Below, piece by piece: positions 33,790 through 44,982 of a DNA stretch of 64,000 bases (the first letter of the stretch is position 1; the number at the start of each line of letters is the position of its first letter). The translations under genes and the position numbers were made by a program. The stretch lies in the NCBI RefSeq assembly GCF_020745735.1, contig NC_083409.1, positions 12,833,259-12,897,258 on the forward strand, given 5' to 3'. This DNA is from Hemiscyllium ocellatum (taxonomy: Eukaryota). The notes below the pieces were generated by a model. It was not told where the DNA came from. It did no database searches and was given only the letters and a program-made list of their open reading frames with translations.

Positions 33790-36639
33790 GAGAGAGAGCT
33801 TGCGCTGCTGCTGAGGATTATGGGTAAAGTCCCCTTCCATTCGCGCCCACACAAACCAGCAGCCACTTCAGCTGCTTTATTGAAAACCACAAGCTTTCAA
33901 GGGGCTGTTCTTTCAACGGTGTAACTGGACACACGATCAAATGAGTTAGGGGCAGAGGAAGGAGATTCATCCTCTTGAGCCTGCTCCCTATGGCTGACCT
34001 GATTATTCCACATTCTTGCCTTACTCTGATAGATTCTTGAAAGCAATGGCTATCTACTTCTTCACTACAAGCATTCAGAGGTTTCATTTCTATGTTTAAT
34101 GAAGAATCCCAAAGATCTATGACCTTATGCAAGATAAAAACCTGCTTATCTCGGTCTTCTATGAGGGAACTTGTTTTAATTTGATATTCTCCCTGAAAAG
34201 GAAACATGCTTTTCACATCCACACTGTATTCTATGTTCATGTTGATATGGCATCTGCTTTAATCAGCTGCTCTCTCTTGAGAACAGCAGCCTATCCTGCC
34301 ACCTTCAGTGACTGATGCACATAAACATCCAGGTCCTACTGCCCCTACACCCACCCATACTTGTACCCTTTAGTTTGTTTTGTCTCTCCACGTTTTCTTT
34401 CCAAAATGAATCAGTGACATCTCTTTCCATTAAATTGTTTCTACAGCCGTCTGCTCATTCCATTAACTGATCTACATCCTTTTTGAAGTTAGACACTATC
34501 TTTTTCATCAGCCGAAATATATCCAAGTTTCATACCATCAGCAAATTTTGAAGTTATGCCTTGTGCACTCAGGTTAACATAGATTTAAATATTTTAAATA
34601 TTTCTTTTTAAAATGAACTATCTGATAAACTATTGTAAATTAAACCTCAAATTTATTGCCCATCTCTAGTTACTCGGTCTGAGTTCTCAGCCAGATTATG
34701 GGGCCTTTAAGAATGAATCACGTCACGGTGGGACTGGAGTCACAGACCGGGTGATGACTGGGTTCCCTTGTCCAAGCTACATTCATGAACATGACATTGA
34801 GTTTCATGGGGTTTTTTATTCAGATCCCAGCGTCTTCCTTCCCAGAAATTACATGGCTCACCACCGCCCTCTCCAGGACAATTAGGAAAGGGCAACAAAT
34901 AGCAGCCATTTTTGTGCCCGCCCATCCCAGGAGAAATCAAAATAAATGAGATACACTTCAAATGATCAAACTGGTGAGGCTTGAATTCATCTCTTTGGAA
35001 GACTGGAGCCTAGGCTAGAAACAGAGCCATGACATGGGTGACCCTGGTTTGTCAGACTGAAAGGTGGAGCATCCTTTGGATTGACACTGGGATCAGACAC
35101 AAAATGAATTACACTCAAAGATCGAACACACGGCTATCAAAGCAGGTCACCAAACTGCAAAGAGCATCAATTTATCTGGGAGACCTCAACAGGTATCATT
35201 GGGTGTAAGAGCATTAGGCAGGCAAGTGTCAGATATTGTTGAACACACTAGAAACACAGTCACACAGAAAGGGAAGCTATTGGGATAGAGCAGGGAAATG
35301 GGAATAACTGAATTTCTCCACTGAGAGCTGGAAGGGGCTTTCTCAGTTGTAACTCCTCTGAGAATGATAAAGGTTGAAGGGCCATTTATATTATAAATAA
35401 CACTGCAGCCCGCAAGAAAGGATGTCGAGTGACAGATCTCCTTGAACTTGGAAACAATATCAGAAATAAAGGTCAATGTGATTTTGGATTGAATATTGAG
35501 AGTTAGGAGATGGAGGGGAGAGTGACCATGGCAGCTGTCCTGAAGAATGGTTAGGTCATGGCTAGAATATGGCGCACAGTTAGGGGCTGCTTTGAGGGAC
35601 AATACATAATGGGACATGGAGAAGTGATCTCGGGTCACAAGAGATGTGCAGGCTAGCAAATGGAAAACGTCATGGAAAATGCAGGATTACGGGAATATGT
35701 GGGGGAAGTGTGGGATGGGTGGGATGGCCTTCAAAGGGTCGGTATGAGCTTGTTGGGATGTGTGGCCTGCTTCCACTCTGTAGGAATTCCTCGATTCTGT
35801 GATTCTATGAGGGCCAGAACAGGATCTCGACAGTGGAGGGAGGGTATTCTGATGTTCAAAAATTCTGAAACAAATAAACACAATAAATGTAGATTTACTC
35901 TCAGTGCAGACAAACTGAAAGGCAAAATGTCATATTCTCCAGTCATATACCAGGTACAGAAAAGAGATCAGGAAAAACATTTTGATGCAGTTATTGGAAT
36001 TGAATGATGAATGATGATAAACAGAGTGCTCCATTCAAAAAAAGACAGAATTACTTTTTAGAATTTCAACAGGCCTGAAGCAAAAGAGGAAATCAGGATG
36101 AAATAGTCATTTGAGAATATAGTACTTGAGTGAGACAAAACCCTTCTTGTGAAAGCATTTCATTTTGCCTTGCTTTCTCTCCATGGATGCTGCCTGACCC
36201 GCTGGGATCTCCATTCTTTTGCTGTGCTATTTCTTACAAATTGTCTTGTTGTGTGCAAGACAAAAGCTTTAACAAAATGTCTTTTTTTTTCAGGAACACT
36301 TGAATTTGGATCAGTTTGGAGAGAAAGCAGGGCCATGGAATCATCTTTCCCTGCAGGGAGGGAGGGAGTGTGTGTGGAATCTCCCATGGGCAGGGTTCTC
36401 CTGGCTGCCACCAGGAGAAAGCTGGAGCTTGATGATCGAGCTGAATGGACAGGGCTCACTCTCACAGTCCTCAGGGCCATGGAGCCTCTTGTGACGGGAG
36501 CATCTGCTTGGTGTCAGGGCAGACAATGACATTGCAGTGGGATTGGAAATGGGACAACTCGACAATGGATGCTGCACAATGGCTGCACTGACTCTTCCTC
36601 TCTGCCTGATCCCTCCCCACACATAGCAGAAGCTGCATT

Positions 36640-37420
36640 AGGAGCCTGTTCTAAAGGGCTACACAACACTGCAGCACTCCCGAACTGCAAAGAGAAGAAC
36701 ACTTCTACAAAGACTTTGCCAAGAACGGGTATTTCTGCAACTTCATCCACAGATGCCGAACAGACAAACAACGCGATGAGGACATGCCACAACCTAACCC
36801 ACTAGCCACACTACCTTATATAAAAACATCACAGAACTGACAGCTCGACTTCTCCAACCATTCACAAACTGCCCAAAAACTGACAGCCAGACAAACTCAG
36901 ACAACAACTCATGAGAACAGAAGGCCCACTGTGTGAAAGACAGATGTAATTTACAAGAATCCATGCAACGTTTTGCACGAAACACCTCGGACAAACAGCC
37001 AGACAACTAGCCATGCACATCCATGAACACCAACGAGCCACTAAACCCCATGAGCATCTGTCCCCAGTAGCTATACACACAGATGACAAGGACCACAAAT
37101 TCGATTGGGCCAACACTATGATCATAGGACAAGCTCAACAGAGGGCAGCCAGAGATTTTCTAGAGGCATGACACTTATCCATGGGCTCCATCGATAAACA
37201 CATTGACCTAGACCCAGTATACCGACCATTGCAACGAACATCAGGAACCAGTAACTGGAAACAGCAAGAATGGAACCAAATAAATTCCAGGAGATACAGC
37301 ACAACAGCACTTCACAGGAAGCTCCAAAGCTCTGAAGATGTCACCTAGACAGAGGACAAAATGTCTACAAATCAACGTCCCAGTTCAGCGAGCATACCCA
37401 CAACTACAGCAAAAGTGAAA
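36640..37420 (+). mobile_element. Penelope-like retroelement 3' fragment (Poseidon-type GIY-YIG)
   Basis: Broken frames ..GQTARQLAMHIHEHQRATKPHE..HKFDWANTMIIGQAQQRAARDFLEA; hammerhead-like core at 37332-37365. The mirror copy is 62960-64000. Confidence 0.75.
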
Positions 37421-38825
37421 CGTTTTCCTGTCCTACAGTGCGCTCCAAATCCTTACCTGCCCTCCTCATTGTCATACCCTCCTGCCCCTTCCTACATATG
37501 GAGTGGGACAACCTGGTCCTGAGGCTTATAACATCTTTCTGGGACAAAGTCTCCAGGTATCTCTGCACCTCCCTGATGTGTCACCAATACTTTCAACTCA
37601 GCCTCCAATCCAAACACCCTGTGTGGGAGTTGTTGTAGATTTATGCATTCACTGCAGATGTGTTTAATCTGAGTCACTTTAACTCAATAAAGAAATGTTG
37701 ATCCCATTTACAAATGAAAGATGTCTATTTCTCTATCAAACTAGTAATTGTCTTCAGTATCTGAATTAAAGTTTTAGTGCTTTCCATTTATTGACCTTCC
37801 CGAATGGGGGTGTTCCGAAGCAGTACAAGACGACATGAGGATATAGATGGGCTGGAGGGTCAGATGGGCTGATCAGTAACAAGTGGAATTCATTCAGATA
37901 AATGTGAGTCAGTGGACTGAGCTCCCCCTGACCATGTGAGTGAGGTGAGGGCAGAGTGACAGCCCTTGACATCAAGGCCTCTTTGATGGTGTGTGGCATC
38001 AAGGAGCCCAAGCAATGCAGCAGTTTTTCACCTGCTGTTCCAGGGAAAGGATCAACATCTGGATCCCTCAGAGCAAATCCTCAGAGTTCTGTCATTCTGA
38101 AGGGACACATTCTCCTTCTCAACTGTGTGAAGACCCACTGCCAGTCCCTCAGCAATCAGACAATCAACTCTGAACACTCCCTGAGTGAGCTCACTCCATT
38201 ATGTTCAGATGCACTGCCAGAGAGCCCATTCTTCCACTCCAGGGTTTTGTTTGCCCTCCCATCACAGAGACCCCCCGTGAACCCCTTCAGTTCGCTCTCC
38301 ACTGGAGGGGGCTGATCCCAGTTGTTTTGATGGATGCATCTGTGTGTGAGAGATATATATTATATATATATATATATAAAACTCAATATGTTCCCTGTTC
38401 CCCACCCACACACGTATGAACACAGGTTCTTTTCCATTCACCGTACACCATCAGACACAGGTATTCAGGATGGGTACTGACCCTTCAGAGCACCACCATG
38501 GTGGATGGCGGGTTATGGAGTGAAAGGTTCCCTCCCCACTCTGGGTTGGAACTTCCCCATCTACACTCTGAGTTCAGCTTACTCTCAGCATCATTCTTCA
38601 ATCTTTCTGTACTCCACCATACCTTTCTTCTCTTCTCCAGTTATTGGGGAAAATTTTCTCAGGGCCTTGCGTTCCTGCTGAAAGTGCCCCTTCTGGCCCT
38701 AACTGTAGTGTGGCCCTCCTGCTCCCGGGACCCCATTGGACTCTCTATTTTCAATCCCGTTTTCCGTGCCCTGATGGTGGAGGGTTTCACTTCACACACC
38801 TTTCCCTTAGGCTTCAGTTCGGGAC

Positions 38826-39657
38826 ATTTCCAAAGCACACACGAGACAGAGACAAAGACAGAGACTGAATCTTCTTCATCGTTATTCCCCTTTCCAGATT
38901 GACATTGACAGAAAACAGTCAGCAATTAACAGCCCAGACAGAGGAAGCTGCTCAGATTCACAGCCACAATGGAGCTTGAGGAAAACACTTGTGGAGAGTT
39001 TCCCAAAAACATGAGAATCCTGTCCCTTTAAACAGTGACAAGACCCTGAGGTGGAACTGGTGGCTGAGCAGGAAGGAGATCTGGTTTACTGAAGCAGGGA
39101 CCTCTGAGGTTCACATTGTTTTTATACAGCTGACTGTCTTCAATACCTTTGAAAGGTTATGCTTGTTATCACAAGTCAACATTGTCCCCAACAAACAGTC
39201 TCCTGGACAGGGACAGAATAGGGTTAGATACAGAGTAAAGCTCTTTCTGTACTGTTCCCACCAAAGACACCCAGGACAGGGACAGGATAAGAAACAGAAT
39301 AAAGCTGTCTCCACACTGACAGGGACAGCACTGGTTGGGTACAGAGTGAATCTCTGTCTACAATGTCACAGTTACCCGCCTTAATCCCTGAACCTCAGAG
39401 TCTCCAGAGGCCAGTCTCACAAAGGAAGAGAGTTGAAATTCAGTGCTGCCAATGACCTTTGTCCTGCCAGCTCAGCCCTGTTCTATTTAAAGTTGTGTCT
39501 CCTGTGTGGACTGTCTCAAACACGCTACACACATTCTGATCTCCTGATGCTCTTACTGAGGGGAGAGGGGAGGGTCACATGGGTGAGGGAACAGGAGAAG
39601 CGAGCGTTGGACTGGCAAAAGTATCATTTTGAATATTTGTATCGAATACCTAACAAA
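38826..39657 (-). pseudogene. IGKC: Kappa C relic: last 28 codons (SNARFSCSLTHVTLPSPLSKSIRRSECV*, 39611-39525) plus 3' UTR; poly(A) signal mutated to AATAAC
   Basis: Near-identical to 24971-25057 and the downstream UTR; 5' three-quarters of the exon missing; AATAAC at 38886-38881. Confidence 0.92.
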
Positions 39658-40104
39658 CCGGATGTTTTTTAAATTCCCTTTTATTGTGGACATTGAAGTC
39701 CCCCACCCAGAGTACATTCTGTGCCCTCACCACCCTCAGAGCTTCCTCCAAGTGCTGTTCAACATGGAGGAGAGACTGACTCATCAGCCGAGGGCGGACA
39801 GAACATGGTCATCAGCCAGAGGTTTCACAGAATCAGAGAATCATACAGTGTAGAAGAGGTCCCTCATCTGATCATGTCTGTCCCACAAAGGCAAAACTAA
39901 AGCTACTCTCCATCCACTTTCCAGAACTGGGCCCAACGTATTGAATGTTCGGATATTTCAGGCACTCATCCAGGTATTTTTTAAAAGGCATATTTTATGG
40001 GGATCTGCTCTGCTCTTCTAATAGAGTCATGGCATCTTCTACTGGCCTCTGAGAGGGCAGACATCAGAACATCCCATCTGAAAGATCGTCCCTGAGAACT
40101 GAAC

Positions 40105-40530
40105 GTCTGACAGTGTTGCACTCCCTCAGTATTGACACACCAGCAGTGCATCATGCCTTCATCATGAACTATCTGACAGTGCAGCACTCCCACAGTGTGG
40201 ACTTTCTGATATTGCGGCATTCCCTCAGTACTCACCCTCTGACAGTGCAACACTCCCTCAGTACTCACCCTCTGACAGTGCAACCCTCCCTCAGCTCTCA
40301 CCCTCTGACAATGCAGCACTCCCTCAGTACTGACCCACCATTAGTGCAACACTCTCTCAGTACTGACCCTTCAATAGTGTGGCACTCCCTCAGGACTGTC
40401 CCTCTGACAGTGCTGCACTCCCTCAGTACTGACCCTCTGACAGTGCTGCACTCCCTCAGTACTGACCCTCTGACAGTGCTGCACTCCCTCAGTACTGACC
40501 CTCTGACAGTGCTGCACTCCCTCAGCACTG
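40105..40530. repeat. 33-bp minisatellite (CACTCCCTCAGTACTGACCCTCTGACAGTGCTG)n
   Basis: About 13 units, near perfect at 40415-40525. The mirror array is 59745-60095. Confidence 0.92.
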
Positions 40531-41299
40531 CACTGCACTCTCAGCCTGGATCATTTGCTTCAGTGATAGAATCATGTAATGATGGAATTTGTACAATGTT
40601 GAAGCAGGCCATTCACCCCAATGAGTTCACACCAATCCTCCGAAGAGCATCCCATCCAGATCCAAACCACTGCACTATCCGTGCAACCCTGCATTTCCCA
40701 ATGGCTCATCCACCCAATCTGCTACATTGTGAGTGTGAGGGGAGAGTGCTCCCCACTGGGACCAGGCTGAAACCTCCCGGTCCAACAGCCCGCCTTGCTT
40801 CCCCATCCCAACCCACACTTGGAGGAATGAGACCACCTGGGGAGGCTAGAGATGTTTCCCAGTTAGAGATAGTGCCTTCAGGGGAGAGATAGTGAACAGA
40901 TGATAGGGGCAGGGGGCAGTGGGGTCTGTTGTCTTGAGGTGGGGTGTAGGACACATTGAAGCAGGTGATGGCAGGTGCTGAGCCCTTTCCCCGGAAGGAG
41001 TTTGTAAGTCGCTGGGTGAAAGTGGGAGGGGCACTAGAGTAACACCTTTGTTGCTGTTGAATCTCTTGCTGACTGCTCAGTCACGTCTGAGAGACACACA
41101 GACACATCAGACACACAGGAGGCAGCTTTCTGTGGATGTTCTCCTGGGGCAGGCCTCATCAATCATGGAGCTATGGTCAGTAACAGTGTAAGCGGCGCGG
41201 CCCTGAAAGCCTGAGTCTGCAACTCAGCTCAGAAGGACCTCAGCTCATTTGTCAAAACTGGTTCTGTCCCTCTGCAGCCTAGCATTAAATTTTAATGCA

Positions 41300-43600
41300 T
41301 TAAAATCTGCATTTGCTACCTCTCAGTCCGGGTCTGCAGCTTATCCATGTCCCTGTGTAACCTGTAATATCCTTCAGCACTATCCACAACTCCACAAACC
41401 TCAGTGTCATCCGCAAATTTGCTAACCCATCTTTCGATGCCCTCATTCAGGTCATTTATAAAAATGGCAAACAGCAGTGGGCCCAAAAGAAATGCTTGCA
41501 GTACACCGCTGGTAACTGAACTCCAGGATGAACATTATCTATCAAAAACCACACTCTGTCTTCTTTCAGCTAGCCAACTTTCTGATCCAAACCACTAAAT
41601 TACCCTTAATCCCATGCCTTGGTATTTTGTGGAGAACCTTATCCAATGCCTTACTGAAGTGCATATGCACCACATCAACGGCTTTATCCTTATGTACCTG
41701 TTTGGTCACCTTCTCAACAAACTCAATAAGGTTTGTAAGGCCGGAGCTCCCATGCTGACTATTCCTAATCAACTTATTCCTTTCTAGATGATTATAAATC
41801 CTATCTCTTCTAACCTTTTGCAACACTTTACCCACAACCGAAGTAAGACTCACTGGTCTATAATTACCAGGGTTGTCTCTACTCCCCTTCATGAACAAGG
41901 GGACTACATTTGCTATCTTCCAGTATTCTGGCACTGTTCCTGTCAACCATGATGACATAAAGATCAAAGCCAAAGGCTCGGAAATCTCCTCCCTGGCTTC
42001 CCAGAGAATCCTTGGATAAATCCCATCCGGCAAAGGGAACTTAAATATTTTCATGCTTTCCAGAATTGCTAACTCCTCCTCCTTAAGAGGGAAATCAAGA
42101 TGGCAAAAAGGTAGCATGAGATAGCTTTGCTTAATTGGGCTAAGGAGAATCCAAAGGGATTTTATAAATGCATTAAGGACAAAAGAGTAATAATTAACAG
42201 AATAGGGCCCCTCAACGATCAGCAAGGCAGCCCATGGTGGAACTGCAGGAGATTGGGCAAATACTAAACAAGTACTTTGTGTCAGTGTTTACTGTGGAGA
42301 AAGACACAGCAGATAGAGAATTTGGGGAAATAGATGGTGACATCTTGAAAAATGTCCATATTACAGAGGAGGAAGTGCGGTATGTTTTAAAATGCATAAA
42401 AGTAGATAAATCACTGGGACCTGATCAGGTGCACCCCAGAACTCTGTGGGAAGCTAGGGAAGTGATTGCTGGGCCACTTGCTGAAATATTTATATCATCG
42501 ATGGTCACAGGTGAGGTGCTGGAAGACTGGAGTTTAGCTAATGTGGTAAGGAAAAGCCAGGAACCGGTGAGTCTGACATAGTGGGTGGGCAAATTGATGG
42601 AGAGAATCCTGAGGGGCAGGATTTACATATATTTGGAAAGACAAGGACTGTTTCAGGATAGTCAACATGGCTTTGTACCTGGGAAATCATGATTCACTAA
42701 CCTGATTGAGATTTTGAAGAAATAACAAAGACGATTGATGATGTCAGAGCAGTGGACGTGATCTGTATGAACTTCAGTGAGGCATTCAACAAGTTTCCTT
42801 GTGGTGGATTGGTTTTCAAGGTTAGATCACATGGAATACAGGGAGAACTAGCTACTTGGATATAGAAATGGCTTGCAGGTAGAAGACAGAGAGTGATGGT
42901 GGAGGGTTACTTTTCAGGCTGGAGGCCTGTGATCAGTGGTGTGCCACAAGGATCAGTGTTAGGTCCACTGCTTTTTGTCATTGACATAAGGATTTGGATG
43001 TGATCATAGGAGGTATAGTTAGTAAGTTTGCAGATGACACCAAATTGGAGATGTAGTGGGCAGTGAAGAAGGTTACCGCAGTGTACAATGGGCCGATGAG
43101 TGGCAGATGGAGTTTAATTTAGATAAATGTGAGATGCTGCATTTTGGAAAGCCAAATCATGAGAGGATTTAGATGCTTAATCATGGAATTCCTACAGTAT
43201 GGAAACAGGCCATTTGGCCCAACAAGTCCACACTGACCCTCTGAAGAGTGACCCATCCTCCTATCCTGTTCCTCGACATTTAACCCTGACGAATGTACCT
43301 ATTGTACATATGCCTGAACTTTGGGCAATTTAGCATGGCCAATTCACCTAATCTGCACATCTTTAGACTATGGGAGGTAACCCACACAGACACATGGAGA
43401 ATGTACAAATTCCAGTCATCCGAGGCTGGAACCGAACCAGATCTCTGGCACTGTGAGGCAGCAGTGTTAATCACTGAGCCACCGTGTCACCCCTTACTGG
43501 TGAGGTACTGGGGAGTGTTGCTGAACAAAAAGACCTTGGAATGCAGGTTCATAGTTCCTTGAAATTAGAGTCACAGGTCGGAAAGATAGTGAATAAGGCA
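41300..43600. mobile_element. Two abutting CR1 ORF2 fragments in opposite orientation (minus 41300-42080, plus 42085-43600), with an HE1 SINE at ~43180-43490
   Basis: PDGIYPRILWEAREEISEPLA..PGNYRPVSLTSVVGK (41566..42225-) and LGPDQVHPRTLWEAREVIAGPLA (42234..42581+). Confidence 0.8.
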
Positions 43601-43727
43601 CTTTTTAAATTTCAAAAATATACTTTATTCATAAAATATTTTGATAATCTGTACAATTGGTTCTTGCCATACATCCGTAAACATTCCATTTCTTTGCATA
43701 CAGGGACAGAATAATCACTCATATATA

Positions 43728-44982
43728 GCAACACGTTTTCAGTCTTAGCCTGCTGGACACACTTTCCTCATTCCTGAAGAAGGGCTCATGCCCGAAATGT
43801 TGATTCTCCTGCTCCTTGGATGCTGCCTGACCTGCTGCGCTTTTCCAGCAACACATTTTCAGCCCTGTTCCCTGTAAAAACACCACCCCATACTCCCAAT
43901 TCCTTCATCTCCGCTGCATCTGCTCCCAGGAGGACCAGTTCCAATACCGTACAACCCAGATGGACTCCTTTTTCAAAGAACGCAATTTCCCCCCAGGCGT
44001 GATCGACGATGCCCTTCACCACTTCTCCTCCACTTCCCGCTCCTCCGCCCTTGAGCCCCACCCCTCCAATCATCACCAGGACAGAACCCCACTCGTCCTC
44101 ACCTACCACCTCACCAACCTCCATATACAGCATATCATCCACCGTCATTTCTGTCACCTCCAAATGGACGCCACCACCAGGGATATATTTCCCTCCCCTC
44201 CCTTATCAGCGTTCCGGAAAGACCACTCCCTCTGTGACTTCCTCGTCAGGTCCACATGCCCCACCAACCCAACCTCCACTCCCGGCACCTTCCCCTGCAA
44301 CCGCAAGAAATGCAAAACTTGCGCCCACACCTCCCCCCTTACTTCCCTCCAAGGCCCCAAGGGATCCTTCCATATCCGCCACAAATTCACCTGCACCTCC
44401 ACACACATCATTTACTGCATCCGCTGCACCCGATGTGGCCTCCTCTATATTGGGGAGACAGGCCACTTACTTGCGAAACGTTTCAGTGAACACCTCTGGG
44501 ATACCCGGACCAACCAACCCAACCACCCCGTGGCTCAACACTTCAACTCCCCCTCCCACTCCACCAAGGACATGCAGGTCCTTGGACTCGTCCATCGCCA
44601 GACCATAGCAACACGACAGTTGGAGGAAGAACGCCTCATCTTCCGCCTAGGAACCCTCCAACCACAAGGGATGAACTCAGATTTCTCCAGTTTCCTCATT
44701 TCCCCTCCCCCCACCTTGTCTCAGTCAAATCCCTCGAACTCAGCACCGCCTTCCTCACCTGCAATCTTCTTCCTGACCTCTCCACCCCCACCTCCACTCC
44801 GGCCTATCACCCGCACCTTGACCTCCTTCCACCTATCGTATTTCCAACGCCCCTCCCCCAAGTCCCTCCTCCCTACTTTTTATCTTAGCCTGCTGGACAC
44901 ACTTTCCTCATTCCTGAAGAAGGGCTCATGCTCCTTGGATGCTGCCTGACCTGCTGCGCTTTTCCAGCTACATATTTTCAGC
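43728..44982 (+). mobile_element. 5'-truncated Penelope-like element (Neptune-type) with direct terminal repeats, nested in the Tx1 3' UTR
   Basis: ORF 43960..44949: CNRKKCKTC linker, IIYCIRCTRCGLLYIGETG (GIY-YIG), RLIFRLGTLQPQGMN. Repeats 43743-43862 and 44883-44982. Flanked by TATATA (43722-43727, 44983-44988). Confidence 0.9.
43770..43805 (+). ncRNA. Minimal hammerhead-ribozyme-like motif (CpG-decayed) in the Penelope terminal repeat
   Basis: AUUC-CUGAAGA-A-GGGC-UCAU-GCCC-GAAAU-GUU-GAUU. Confidence 0.5.

Larger units (their letters stand above)
30560..36327 (+). repeat. Segmental-duplication block A (direct repeat of A' 51667-59148)
   Basis: Colinear matches 30560~51667, 31330~53360, 31920~54310, 33270~54780, 33775~55253, 34645~57150, 35430~58330, 36310~59130. 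Roughly 75-92% by eye, with copy-specific insertions. Confidence 0.9.
36718..40885 (-). repeat. Segmental-duplication block B (inverted copy of B' 59398-64000)
   Basis: Reverse-complement colinearity: 40880~59400, 39611~60615, 38885~61330, 37440~62960, 36720~63995. Paired ORFs such as 37438..37638+ / 62765..62965- and 40113..40892+ / 59717..60091-. Confidence 0.92.

Noticed and set aside
36440-36590. Ig-like wording (LTLTVLRAMEP..WC; VSGQTMTLQW..W)
   Set aside because: Motifs fall in different frames, key Cys/Asp/Tyr residues are absent, splice phase does not fit, and no second copy supports it.
40105-40530. Regular 33-bp array resembling a CRISPR array or an RSS array
   Set aside because: Head-to-tail units with no unique spacers and eukaryotic context; CACTGTC has no nonamer. 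It is an ordinary minisatellite.
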